From Chitinophaga pinensis (GTDB lineage: Bacteria; Bacteroidota; Bacteroidia; NS11-12g; UBA9320), in contig CAMDBP010000002.1 in the NCBI GenBank assembly GCA_945889315.1, forward strand, positions 11,466 to 75,465: a stretch of DNA of 64,000 nucleotides, written 5' to 3'. Below are positions 1-9,440 of the stretch, piece after piece (within the stretch, counting starts at the first letter, position 1; every line of letters starts with the position of its first letter). A program made the position numbers and the translations under genes. The notes under the pieces were generated by a model that had not been told where the DNA came from, did not search any database, and worked only from the letters and a program-made list of their open reading frames with translations.

Positions 1-513
1 CGGTTTTCCAAATTCTCTTTTTAATAAGTTGAAGGGATATTCCTGGCCTTTGTAAAACACGATACCAGCAGGAATGATATACTTTTCAGAAGGAGCTTCG
101 TCTGGCGCAGTTTCCGACCTTTCAATACGCAAACCTTTTCCATAGATTTCCCCTAAGATTTTTTCTTTGTCTTTAAGCTCCTTGTCTTCGAGTACGTCTT
201 CGAAATCAAAGCTTATTTTGCCGGAAGATGTCAATCTATATTCATTGAGCATGTCCCTTGTTGCAGATTGCAACCTTTTATAATCTACAGGAATGTCGCC
301 ATCCAAAAAAACGGTAATATATAAATCATCTTCTATTTTATTAATCAACTTTTCAGTAGAGTTAGACAGAGTGAACCTTCCTTCTTTGGTAAGGTCTAGC
401 CTAGTATAAAATGAATCGGCTACTATATTGAGCAAAATTATAACTGTAAATGCTATGCCCATTTTCCGGATGAGCATACCTTTCCGAGTATTGGTTTTAA
501 ACTTTTTTACCAT
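1..513 (-). CDS. gldG: GldG-like ABC-transport auxiliary protein, N-terminal part (gene runs off the left edge)
   Basis: The minus-strand ATG at 513 overlaps the stop of the upstream permease (ATGGTAA). Translation 'MVKKFKTNTRKGMLIRKMGIAFTVIILLNIVADSFYTRLDLTKEGRFTLS...' shows an N-terminal TM anchor plus the 'YTR.DLT....(Y/F)TLS' start typical of GldG. It is not in the ORF track because it is truncated by the window edge. Confidence 0.6.
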   Translation of the reverse strand, partial: MVKKFKTNTRKGMLIRKMGIAFTVIILLNIVADSFYTRLDLTKEGRFTLSNSTEKLINKIEDDLYITVFLDGDIPVDYKRLQSATRDMLNEYRLTSSGKISFDFEDVLEDKELKDKEKILGEIYGKGLRIERSETAPDEAPSEKYIIPAGIVFYKGQEYPFNLLKREFGKP

Positions 514-1235
514 TTTCTGCTATCCAATGTTAAATATGTTAAACCTAAAAAAAAGGTAATCAAGGACCCAAAATAGACTAAATCCCGAGTATCTATCACT
601 CCTCTACTTATAGAATCATAATGATACTGTATACCCAGAGCCTGCACAATGCTGTCTTTGCTACCAAATAAGTTAAGATTACTTAACTGCTGAAAACCAA
701 CATAGAAAAAGAAGCAAAGAACCATGCTAAAAATAAACGCGACAATTTGATTAGGTGTTATTGCAGAAGCAAAAAGACCAATGGCCGCATAACACGCTCC
801 CAATAAAATAAGTCCTATATACGATCCCCAAGTTGCTCCCACGTCAATATTCCCCTTGGGTAAGCCTAGTTGATAAATCGAATAAAAATAAATGAAAGTT
901 GGTACTATGGCGAAAAATACCAAGACCACAGCAGCAAAATATTTACCTAAAATAATATTTAAATCAGTGAGAGGTTTGGTCCCCAATATTTCATATGTGC
1001 CTTGCTTTATTTCTTCAGAAATAGCTCTCATGGTAATAGCGGAAATAAGAAAAATGAATATCCATGGTGCCATGTAAAACAATACATCTAGATTGGCAAA
1101 GCCCAGCGTAAGCACATTCCCATCTGCAAAAACCCAGGTAAAAAGGCCATTAAGTAGCAAGAATACGATAATGACAACATAGGCTATAAGCGAACTTAAG
1201 AAGCTGCGTATCTCTTTTTTAAATATGCTATACAT
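507..1235 (-). CDS. gldF: ABC-2 type permease, GldF-like
   Basis: 242 aa with about 6 TM segments. 'ITMR.ISEE...GT.E.L.TKPL' and the C-terminal 'GVIDTRDLVYF' match the GldF-type ABC-2 permease as I remember it. It overlaps the ATPase gene by 8 nt and gldG by 7 nt. Confidence 0.65.
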   Translation of the reverse strand: MYSIFKKEIRSFLSSLIAYVVIIVFLLLNGLFTWVFADGNVLTLGFANLDVLFYMAPWIFIFLISAITMRAISEEIKQGTYEILGTKPLTDLNIILGKYFAAVVLVFFAIVPTFIYFYSIYQLGLPKGNIDVGATWGSYIGLILLGACYAAIGLFASAITPNQIVAFIFSMVLCFFFYVGFQQLSNLNLFGSKDSIVQALGIQYHYDSISRGVIDTRDLVYFGSLITFFLGLTYLTLDSRKW

Positions 1236-2142
1236 TTTTGGTTAACTGATGAAAAACGTTTTCTAACGATTCGGACAATTCTATTTGTTCTGTAATAATT
1301 GTATTTGAAGCGATCGCAAATTTAAATAACAATTCAGCTAAATCTGTACCGTTACTTGCCGTCACTTCATAGACATTAGACTCTATAGCGACAACTGCCT
1401 TAATGCCAGATTGCTCTTTTAGTTTGGTTACTTCAATGGTATCACGAAATCTTACACGTGTTGTTTTAGCAGTGTTTTTTAACCTGTTTTTAATATTCCC
1501 CACTTGATCATCGGCAACTATCTTTCCTTTGTTTATGATAATAACACGGCTACACATCGCTTCAACTTCTTGCATTATATGCGTTGATAAGAGAATAGTT
1601 TTATTCTTCCCTAGCTCTACGATCAGCTTTCGGATTTCTGTCATTTGATTTGGGTCCAGACCTGAAGTTGGTTCATCTAAGATCAATACATCCGGATTAT
1701 TAAGCAATGCCTGAGCGAGTCCTACACGCTGCTTATAGCCTTTAGATAATTGACCTATTTTTTTCTTTCTTTCTAACGTCAATCCTGTTATTTCAATAAC
1801 ATGTTCGATAGCCTCCTTGGCATTTTTAATTTTGTATATATCTGCATTAAACTGCAAATATTCTTTAATATACATTTCATTGTACAAGGGATTAAGTTCA
1901 GGCAAATAACCCACTCGTTCCTTTATTTTGAGTGGCTCTTTTGCAACATCCATACCCAAAATACTTGCGTTACCAGAAGTTTGGGGAATATAACCACTCA
2001 ATATTTTCATTGTAGTGCTCTTTCCCGCTCCGTTAGGACCTAAAAACCCAACTATCTCACCAGAGCTAATGCTAAATGAAATACTGTCAATGGCTTTTTG
2101 AGTTCCATAAACTTTAGTCAGATTTTTAATTTCTATGGACAT
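1228..2142 (-). CDS. gldA: ABC transporter ATP-binding protein, GldA-like
   Basis: Walker A 'GPNGAGKST', signature 'LSKGYKQR', Walker B 'LILDEPTSGLD'. The N-terminus 'MSIEIKNLTKVYGTQKAIDSISF' resembles GldA. It is translationally coupled to the permease. Confidence 0.7.
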   Translation of the reverse strand: MSIEIKNLTKVYGTQKAIDSISFSISSGEIVGFLGPNGAGKSTTMKILSGYIPQTSGNASILGMDVAKEPLKIKERVGYLPELNPLYNEMYIKEYLQFNADIYKIKNAKEAIEHVIEITGLTLERKKKIGQLSKGYKQRVGLAQALLNNPDVLILDEPTSGLDPNQMTEIRKLIVELGKNKTILLSTHIMQEVEAMCSRVIIINKGKIVADDQVGNIKNRLKNTAKTTRVRFRDTIEVTKLKEQSGIKAVVAIESNVYEVTASNGTDLAELLFKFAIASNTIITEQIELSESLENVFHQLTKNV

Positions 2143-2145
2143 AAA

Positions 2146-5043
2146 TTAATGTGCCACCAAAACGTTAAAGTTTAGGGCTTTTTCTTCCGAAGAAATAATT
2201 ACACGATATAACCCAGCAGGAAAACCTTTTACATTTATGGTTTCAATCCCATTAAATGATTCATTACAGTATACTACTTTACCTAAACCATCCACAATCG
2301 CCAATTCAGATTTAGACAACTCACTGCCACCTTCAATGTGAAGAACTTCGTTTGTAGGATTTGGATATACACTATGTCGCGCACCGTTGATGTAACGTAT
2401 ATCCGCTGTTTTATTGATATATATAGATGCATAGCCAGAGCAGCCGTTACTGTCAATCACCGTAACAAAATAGGTTCCAGTATCCGTAACTTGTAAAATC
2501 GCACTAGATGCCCCCGTATTCCATGTATATGTTTTGAAACCGGCACCCGGTGTTAGCTCTAAGATTCCACTTGCAGGTATTTTAGTCACTGTTCCCAACG
2601 AAATGATAGGACTTTCCGATACTGTTACTTTGACAGTGTCTCTAAATACACACTTATTATCGTCTACTATTTTTAAGTGATAAATACCAACTGTATCAAT
2701 GGTTAAGTTTTGATTTGTTGAGCTATCTGACCAAAGATAATTTTTCTTTCCAGAGGGACCGGTAATGGTATAATTAATCACATCACAAAAACCAAGATCA
2801 GCTCCTAAACTAAAAGAGGAACTTGGGTAGAATGAAATATTTACAGTATCATAACTTGGACATCCGAAACTATTGTAAGCTTCTGCCCAATATTTTCCTG
2901 CAGCATTTACGGTTTTACTTGCCAATGCAGAAGACACGTTATTCCATTTATAAAATTTGAGTGCTGACGGACCAAAGATGGTATAATTAGAACCAGGACA
3001 AACCAATGTATCTGGACCTAGTGAAAACGGTGAATTGGGTACTGTTAATACTTCGATATTGTCGTTAAATTTACAACCAAATGAGTCTACTACGCTAAGC
3101 TTATGAATTTTAGAAACATTTGTTGTGTAGGTCCTAGAACCCGTAATCACGTTATTCCACACATACGTCTGCATGCTCGCCGGACCCTTGAGTGTGACAG
3201 TTAAATTTTCACAGATTGTCGTATCGCTTCCCAAACTAAATTGGGGTAGTGATTTTTGGACAACACTAAATGTATCTCTGTATGTACATGAATTATTATC
3301 AATGCTAAACAGACGGATGTTAGGAGATGTTACTTTTACGTAAATAGACGATTGAGTTAATTTGCCCGTTGGGGTATTCCACTCATAATAATTCATGCCA
3401 GAGGTTGCAGTTATCAAAATACTATCCCCTATACAAACGAATGTATCACGAATTGGCGTAACACTTAATTTTTGATTTACTTTCAAATATACAAGTGCCG
3501 AATCTTGAGCACATAACCCATCTGATGATGACACCACTAATTTATATAAGGTAGATACTGACGGCGATACTGTTGGATTTGCAGAACTACTAGAGAAACT
3601 AGCGCCACTTAGCGACGTCCAGCTGTACTGATACCCACTTATAGATTGTCTTCCTAAATTTATGGATTCGACGCCGCAGATAGCCAGCGAATCTCCAATG
3701 GTTCGTGCTTCCAATTTACAGCATAGTAACGTATCACTATTCGAAATACTAGAGCGTGAAAACAATGCTCCGCCATATACTGAGTGTGAAGCGCTATTTG
3801 CAAAAACACCAGAACTTACCGAAAGTGATCCGAAATTGATATTATCTTGTGGGAACCCGCATTGATTGTCAAACAATTCATTCAATTTAGAAATGTAAAT
3901 ATCTTCTGTATTAGTGCCACCCAAGGAGTAACCCGAAGAAACCAAGGTGTATCCAGTGAGCTCTCTTCCCGCTAGCACTGCATTTGAAGTAGCATCCGAG
4001 CTCACTCCACCAATCACAAACACAAGATTTGGAGCACCTGTTGAAGGGTCATACTCAAAAACGTAAGCATCACGTGGACTCAAGCTGCCAACTGTAGATG
4101 AACTTACCAAAATTTTACCGTTTGCTAAAAGTCTTAAACTTTCTATTCTGTCGTCTTCTAATCCACCTAACCAACTCGCATTTAACGTATTAAAGTTTGA
4201 ATCTAAGGACAATATCATCCCGTTGGAACCTGTTCCAAAACCTTTTTCAGTAGTGCCAGCTACATAATATTTTTTGCCTGGAGCTAAGATTATTGCACTG
4301 CCTGCATCGTCTGTCGTTGTTCCAATATTTCGTATTCTCAAAATGGTACCTGTGGTATTCAATGCCATAATACTAAGGTCCTTATCCCCTGCACTACCAA
4401 TATTGGTTGAATCATTGGCCATGCTACCTAAGATGACAATTCTATTCAAATCATCTTCAATTATGGCATTACCGATATCGTCTCCGTCTCCACCATATGT
4501 TTTTACCCAAAGAGTTGTTCCTGAGCTATTGAACCTGGCTACAACGATATTGATGTCCATTGTGTCCAGTTTCATATAACCAGTTAAATAATATTCTCCT
4601 GATTTACTTTGTATAACATCGGTAGCTCTTTCCATACTGTCACTCCGTATGTATCGTGTCCATTCTTGTACACCCGCTGACGTTATTTTGGTTATAAAAA
4701 TATCTTCGTCACCTTGCCCGGTGAGACTATCGGAATAACCACAGATAATTGCACCGCCATCCGTTGTAGTGTTCATATTTGTACCCACGTCATTTCCTTT
4801 AGTCCCGTAGGTATAGGACCATTGGGTAACACCTAAACCATTTGTCTTAGTAACCTGAACGTCTTTTTTACCTTCACCTCCGCTGTTGGTTGTACTAAGA
4901 ATATAATAATCACCTGAAGTATTTTGAAATGCCGCTTGTAATTGATCTGTGGAGTCATTATTGATGACCCTCGTAAACGTGGTGTTTTGAGAAAATCCCA
5001 AAAGAGAAAAGGCCATTAATATGGCAACTAAAGTTTGTTTCAT
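2146..5043 (-). CDS. Large secreted multi-repeat protein with a T9SS C-terminal sorting domain
   Basis: Signal peptide 'MKQTLVAILMAFSLLGFSQ'. The N-terminal half has beta-propeller-like 'G..DD.G' repeats. The C-terminal half has at least 5 tandem repeats of about 75-80 aa ('FSLG.DT..C...Y.I.GP....Y.WN'). The C-terminus 'VYPNPTNEVLHIEG...GLYRVII' is a T9SS CTD. Confidence 0.8.
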   Translation of the reverse strand: MKQTLVAILMAFSLLGFSQNTTFTRVINNDSTDQLQAAFQNTSGDYYILSTTNSGGEGKKDVQVTKTNGLGVTQWSYTYGTKGNDVGTNMNTTTDGGAIICGYSDSLTGQGDEDIFITKITSAGVQEWTRYIRSDSMERATDVIQSKSGEYYLTGYMKLDTMDINIVVARFNSSGTTLWVKTYGGDGDDIGNAIIEDDLNRIVILGSMANDSTNIGSAGDKDLSIMALNTTGTILRIRNIGTTTDDAGSAIILAPGKKYYVAGTTEKGFGTGSNGMILSLDSNFNTLNASWLGGLEDDRIESLRLLANGKILVSSSTVGSLSPRDAYVFEYDPSTGAPNLVFVIGGVSSDATSNAVLAGRELTGYTLVSSGYSLGGTNTEDIYISKLNELFDNQCGFPQDNINFGSLSVSSGVFANSASHSVYGGALFSRSSISNSDTLLCCKLEARTIGDSLAICGVESINLGRQSISGYQYSWTSLSGASFSSSSANPTVSPSVSTLYKLVVSSSDGLCAQDSALVYLKVNQKLSVTPIRDTFVCIGDSILITATSGMNYYEWNTPTGKLTQSSIYVKVTSPNIRLFSIDNNSCTYRDTFSVVQKSLPQFSLGSDTTICENLTVTLKGPASMQTYVWNNVITGSRTYTTNVSKIHKLSVVDSFGCKFNDNIEVLTVPNSPFSLGPDTLVCPGSNYTIFGPSALKFYKWNNVSSALASKTVNAAGKYWAEAYNSFGCPSYDTVNISFYPSSSFSLGADLGFCDVINYTITGPSGKKNYLWSDSSTNQNLTIDTVGIYHLKIVDDNKCVFRDTVKVTVSESPIISLGTVTKIPASGILELTPGAGFKTYTWNTGASSAILQVTDTGTYFVTVIDSNGCSGYASIYINKTADIRYINGARHSVYPNPTNEVLHIEGGSELSKSELAIVDGLGKVVYCNESFNGIETINVKGFPAGLYRVIISSEEKALNFNVLVAH

Positions 5044-5079
5044 TTTGCGTGACGAATTAAGTCCGCAAATTAAAAGTTT

Positions 5080-5649
5080 TCAGTTGGTTGCGTGCCATCT
5101 TTTTGCAACTTTCAAAGAATAATCTATAAATCCCTTGAATCCTACATTAAACTGCTCGTTTTCAAGTAAATTTCCATCCCCGTCTATACACTTTGTTACT
5201 TCTTGCGCTTCAAAAGTACGGGGGCTAGTAATGCTATTTAAGTCAAATACGTTAAAAATCTTATTAAAAACATAGCCTAATTGTACCGCCGGCATTCTTC
5301 CCCCTCGTCCTGTACTAACTCCTACCGTAGCAACCACTTTATTGTCAAAAATGTGCTTGTAGGTATTACCCGCCAGTTGATGAATTGTATTAATTACCTC
5401 TGCACTTGGAAACCAATTATATTCTGGGGTAAGCACAATGAGCAAGTCTGAGTCCTCTACCGCATCGATTAACTCCTTTTGAAAACGTGTTTCTTGTCCC
5501 AAAATGATATACTGTTCTGAAAACGAAGGAATATCATACTGCTGATAGTCAATAATGGTAGTTTCAGTGTGTAGCTTTTTTATAGCCCTAGCCACTCTTA
5601 ATGTATTGTTTCCTTTTCTGGCAGATCCAGAGAGCACTGTAATTTTCAT
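5080..5649 (-). CDS. NAD(P)H-dependent FMN reductase family protein
   Basis: 189 aa. 'MKITVLSGSARKGNNTLRVA' and '...LIVLTPEYNWFPSA' are typical of the NADPH-dependent FMN reductase/flavodoxin-like fold. Confidence 0.7.
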   Translation of the reverse strand: MKITVLSGSARKGNNTLRVARAIKKLHTETTIIDYQQYDIPSFSEQYIILGQETRFQKELIDAVEDSDLLIVLTPEYNWFPSAEVINTIHQLAGNTYKHIFDNKVVATVGVSTGRGGRMPAVQLGYVFNKIFNVFDLNSITSPRTFEAQEVTKCIDGDGNLLENEQFNVGFKGFIDYSLKVAKRWHATN

Positions 5650-6179
5650 TTTCCTAACTTTATAAACGTAGCTATTTCCTTAACATTTTTGAAATTTCGC
5701 CCAAAATCTATAAACCACCATGCCGCAAAAGGCCTACTGTGAATAGTATAAATACTTTCCTCTGCGGTAATTTCAATTTTATCAGCATTAGATAAATGCA
5801 CCTTTCTACCTGCAATAAGAGAATCCCCAACGATTCTAACGTCTTTATACTTTTTGTCCGATTTCAAAAATCCTTCTAAGATTCCCAACGAACAATTACC
5901 TTGAACGGTTACTATCTGATCCACCTTCATAAAATTTTCATCTGGAGCTCCTTCTATTTCTTCAAAACTCACCGCGTGGTATAACGAGATTAGAAATGCT
6001 AGCGCAAACGAAATGAAAATTGCTACGCTCATATTATTTTGAATAAATGTGAAACCATATTTCCAGCCTCCTTCTTTTGCCAAAACACCAACAGTAGCGA
6101 CCGGAAGAATAACTAAACCCAACCGGATAATAAAGGAACAGACAATTACAAACTTGAATAAGAACTTCGATATATTCAT
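5646..6179 (-). CDS. Hypothetical membrane protein (about 3 TM segments plus a soluble C-terminal domain)
   Basis: 177 aa with hydrophobic N-terminal segments. It has a 4-nt overlap with the downstream reductase and abuts the upstream flavin reductase. I recognise no family. Confidence 0.5.
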   Translation of the reverse strand: MNISKFLFKFVIVCSFIIRLGLVILPVATVGVLAKEGGWKYGFTFIQNNMSVAIFISFALAFLISLYHAVSFEEIEGAPDENFMKVDQIVTVQGNCSLGILEGFLKSDKKYKDVRIVGDSLIAGRKVHLSNADKIEITAEESIYTIHSRPFAAWWFIDFGRNFKNVKEIATFIKLGK

Positions 6180-7028
6180 TTATATTATTTTAGTTAAAAC
6201 AGCATACGCTGCAATTGGTTTATTCGCAATTAATAATTGCTTCGCTAGCTGGATGCTAAGATCAATAGGCAGCTTGAGAAGCTCGTTCATCATTTCTTCG
6301 TTATTGGGTACAGATTGCAAATTTCCCAAAATTCCTAAGTCATTACCTGTAAGCTGTTTACATGTTTTTAGTTTAGCTGGCAGTGCATCTACTCCGATAC
6401 CAATGGTGGTTAGTGGTTTGTCCACTTCAAATAATGCCTCACCATTCGCCCGGCAGTACCAATTGCCGCCCATTCTACTCACCAAATCAATCTTTTCTTG
6501 ATCAATCATTCCTTTTTCATCCAAAACACTTTCACTTATATGGATCTTTAGCACCTCACAAATAACTAGATTTCCAGCTCCCCCATTTTGACCTAATTCC
6601 TTTACTTCTAAAACTTTACACTCCATTTGTATAGGCGACTCTTTCACTCTAAAGGGACGAATGCTATCTGAAGCTACCGGTGTAAACCCAGCTTTTTCAA
6701 ATTCATCTACCCCGGCTTCAAACGGAGAACTTGCCAAACTCATCTGATGCACCATATCATAGGTAACCACATTTATAACCACTTCTGCTACTTCCTTTAC
6801 GTTGTTGTGCGTATCCTTGGTAGTATTCGTTCGGCCACTTCTTGCAGGCGAGAAAATAAGAATAGGTGGATTGGCACTGAACACGTTAAAAAAACTAAAC
6901 GGAGCCAAGTTTCTATTTCCATCCTTATCCACTGTACTCGCAAAAGCAATAGGACGGGGACCAATGCTTCCAAGCAAATACTGATGAAGTAAAGGAATTG
7001 TTAATTCTTTAGGGTCGAGTGATACCAT
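6180..7028 (-). CDS. Flavin reductase family protein (FMN-binding split-barrel)
   Basis: 282 aa. 'GPRPIAFASTVDKDGNRNLAPFSFFNVFSANPPILIFSP' is the typical flavin reductase-like domain signature. Confidence 0.7.
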   Translation of the reverse strand: MVSLDPKELTIPLLHQYLLGSIGPRPIAFASTVDKDGNRNLAPFSFFNVFSANPPILIFSPARSGRTNTTKDTHNNVKEVAEVVINVVTYDMVHQMSLASSPFEAGVDEFEKAGFTPVASDSIRPFRVKESPIQMECKVLEVKELGQNGGAGNLVICEVLKIHISESVLDEKGMIDQEKIDLVSRMGGNWYCRANGEALFEVDKPLTTIGIGVDALPAKLKTCKQLTGNDLGILGNLQSVPNNEEMMNELLKLPIDLSIQLAKQLLIANKPIAAYAVLTKII

Positions 7029-7029
7029 T

Positions 7030-8319
7030 CTATTTTTTTAAGATTAGGAATTTATTCTTTTTTCCTCTTTGTAACAAAATATACTTGCCATTTATTAAGT
7101 CTGCATTGCTAAACGTAAAATCTTCGTTAACCTTTTCGCTGTTTACAGATATAGAGTTTTCTTTTAACGCCCTTCGTGCTTCACTTTTACTTGCCAAAAA
7201 ACCAGTATCTCCACACAAGTCTACTATACTAACCCCTTCTATTTCTTCTACTTCTGATTTTTTAACACCATCAAAAACAGAAAGAAAATCTTTCTCAGAC
7301 AGACTTCTCAAGCTTTCCGATGTACCATTACCAAATAAGATCTCTGTTGCGGCTAATGCAGTCTCATATCCTGATTCACCATGTACCCAAGTAGTCACAT
7401 ATTTAGCTAATTCCTTTTGCAATGCCCTTTGATGAGGAGCTTCTTGATGAGCAGATATCATATTGTCTATCCATGACTTGCTGTGTAAGGTAAAGATTTT
7501 TATGTACCGTTCAGCATCAGCATCTGTCGTATTCATCCAAAATTGGTAAAACTCATAGGGGCTCGTTTTTTCAGCATCAAGCCATACGTTACCACCTTCG
7601 CTTTTACCAAATTTACTGCCATCCGCTTTTGTAATAAGCGGAGCCGTAAGCGAGTACCCTTTAGCATCTTCTCCTTCCCCTTTTCTACGAATAAGCTCGG
7701 TTCCAGTTACAATGTTTCCCCATTGATCGCTACCTCCCATTTGTAGTTTAACATTCTTTTCTTTCCAGAGGTAATAAAAATCGTAGCCTTGTACCAATTG
7801 ATAACTAAACTCTGTGAAACTCATACCCTCTTCTAATCGGTTTTTTACTGAGTCTTTAGCCATCATATAATTCACGGAAATATGTTTTCCAACATCTCTG
7901 ATAAACTCCAGAAAACCGAAATTTTGAAACCAATCATAATTATTAACCACCTCGGCACTGTTGCTATCGGCATTAAAATCCAGGAACTGCTCTAATTGTC
8001 TTTTTTGACACGCTAAATTATGATTGAGGGTTTCTAAATTCAAAAGTGTTCTTTCTGATTTTTTACCACTCGGGTCGCCCACCATACCTGTGGCTCCTCC
8101 TACAAGCGCATAGGGCTTATGACCCGCTCTTTGCAAATGAACCAAAAGAATAATCGGAACCATGTTGCCAATATGAAGCGAATCAGCAGTTGGATCAAAA
8201 CCAACGTATCCACTCACCATTTCCTTCATGAGGAGCTCTTCGGTGCCTGGCACGTCTTGGTGAAAAAGACCGCGCCACTTTAATTCTTCTATTAAATTAT
8301 ATTTGGGGATAAAAACCAT
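7030..8319 (-). CDS. tyrS: Tyrosine--tRNA ligase
   Basis: Class I motifs 'HIGN' (HIGH) and 'KFGKS' (KMSKS), plus a C-terminal S4-like domain. Confidence 0.95.
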   Translation of the reverse strand: MVFIPKYNLIEELKWRGLFHQDVPGTEELLMKEMVSGYVGFDPTADSLHIGNMVPIILLVHLQRAGHKPYALVGGATGMVGDPSGKKSERTLLNLETLNHNLACQKRQLEQFLDFNADSNSAEVVNNYDWFQNFGFLEFIRDVGKHISVNYMMAKDSVKNRLEEGMSFTEFSYQLVQGYDFYYLWKEKNVKLQMGGSDQWGNIVTGTELIRRKGEGEDAKGYSLTAPLITKADGSKFGKSEGGNVWLDAEKTSPYEFYQFWMNTTDADAERYIKIFTLHSKSWIDNMISAHQEAPHQRALQKELAKYVTTWVHGESGYETALAATEILFGNGTSESLRSLSEKDFLSVFDGVKKSEVEEIEGVSIVDLCGDTGFLASKSEARRALKENSISVNSEKVNEDFTFSNADLINGKYILLQRGKKNKFLILKK

Positions 8320-8339
8320 TTTTAACGTGAGATAATTGG

Positions 8340-8347
8340 CAAATTTA
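8340..8347 (-). promoter_or_regulatory. Bacteroidota -7 promoter box (TAAATTTG) for tyrS
   Basis: Exact TAnnTTTG on the minus strand, 20 nt upstream of the tyrS ATG. Confidence 0.5.
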
Positions 8348-8538
8348 GGATTTAGAATGATGTTGTTATAAAATACCTTTCTTTATCCTATAGATAATGT
8401 TGTAATATTCATAAATTCTGTTTTAACGAGGATTTAATCCGCAGGTATTTTTATAGATTTTTACCCTAAGAACATAGATAAACAAAAATAATTTACAAAA
8501 AAAAAGCAATACTATTGCCACTCTAAATCATTACGAAC

Positions 8539-9237
8539 ATGTACAACGAATCATCTCAATTATTTTTAAATCAAGCTTCGGTAGAGGAAAGAACTACCTT
8601 CTATCGTAAAACCTATTTGCACGTAGCACTGGCGTTTTTGGCCTTTGTTCTGGTAGAATACGTTTTTTTAAGTACTCCTGCCATCGTAAATATTGGACTG
8701 AAAATGACCCAAGGCTGGACTTGGTTATTGGTTCTAGGAGGTTTTATGTTTATTACCAGCTATGCTGAAAAGTTAGCTGCGAACTATGAAGACAAACGCA
8801 CTCAATACCTCGGCTTTGGATTATACATCATAGCAGAGGCTTTTATTTTTGTCCCATTACTCTATATCGCTATGACTTATAGTGGCGGTACTGCTATTTT
8901 AGAACAGGCATTTCTTGTTACTCTTGCATTATTTGTTGCTTTATCTGCTGTAGTCTTAATTTCTAAAAAAGATTTTTCCTTTATGAGAACAGCGTTAACG
9001 GTTGGCAGTATCGTTGCTATTGGCATTATCTTGGCGGGAATGGCATTTGGATTTGACCTAGGTCTTGCATTCTCTGGATTTATGGTATTACTAGCAGCTG
9101 GATCAATTTTGTATCAAACCTCTAATATGGTGCACCGCTATACCGCAGATCAATATGTAATTGCATCTCTTGGTCTATTTGCTTCATTTATGTTGATGTT
9201 ATGGTACATCATTCAGTTTTTTATGAACAGAGATTAA
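8539..9237 (+). CDS. Bax inhibitor-1/YccA family membrane protein
   Basis: 232 aa with 7 predicted TM segments. The N-terminal 'F..KTY..(M/V)' and overall BI-1-like architecture fit the family. Confidence 0.75.
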   Translation: MYNESSQLFLNQASVEERTTFYRKTYLHVALAFLAFVLVEYVFLSTPAIVNIGLKMTQGWTWLLVLGGFMFITSYAEKLAANYEDKRTQYLGFGLYIIAEAFIFVPLLYIAMTYSGGTAILEQAFLVTLALFVALSAVVLISKKDFSFMRTALTVGSIVAIGIILAGMAFGFDLGLAFSGFMVLLAAGSILYQTSNMVHRYTADQYVIASLGLFASFMLMLWYIIQFFMNRD

Positions 9238-9260
9238 GTCACTTATTTTATACCCAACAA

Positions 9261-9297
9261 AAGCGTGTTTATTCAGAAAATAGACACGCTTTTTTTA
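9261..9297 (+). terminator. Rho-independent terminator after the BI-1 gene
   Basis: Stem AGCGTGT/ACACGCT (9262-9268 / 9284-9290) followed by T7. Confidence 0.7.
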
Positions 9298-9422
9298 TTG
9301 TTCTTTTTTTATCTACGCATCAAGATATGAAAAAACCTACCAAAGGCTCTATTTTAAGTTTGAACCAATCTTATTTTAATCGCAATTACTGAATCAAAAC
9401 ACTAATATTGACGAGATAGTTC

Positions 9423-9430
9423 TACTTTTG
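9423..9430 (+). promoter_or_regulatory. -7 promoter box (TACTTTTG) for polA
   Basis: Exact TAnnTTTG, 10 nt upstream of the ATG at 9441. Confidence 0.5.
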
Positions 9431-9440
9431 ACCACCTATC

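Noticed and set aside
6049-6501. 150-aa plus-strand ORF spanning the junction of two minus-strand genes
   Set aside because: It overlaps two well-supported minus-strand CDSs, and its translation has no recognisable features.
7019-7432. 137-aa plus-strand ORF antisense to the tyrS 3' end
   Set aside because: It lies inside tyrS on the opposite strand, with a Ser/Leu/Phe-rich artefactual composition.
8320-8538. AT-rich 219-bp divergent intergenic region (tyrS / BI-1) as a possible replication origin
   Set aside because: There is only one weak DnaA-box-like string ('TTATCCTAT', two mismatches), no box cluster, and no dnaA/dnaN nearby. An ordinary divergent promoter region is sufficient.
9201-9392. 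63-aa ORF downstream of the BI-1 gene
   Set aside because: It reads straight through the rho-independent terminator at 9261-9297, so it is unlikely to be translated.
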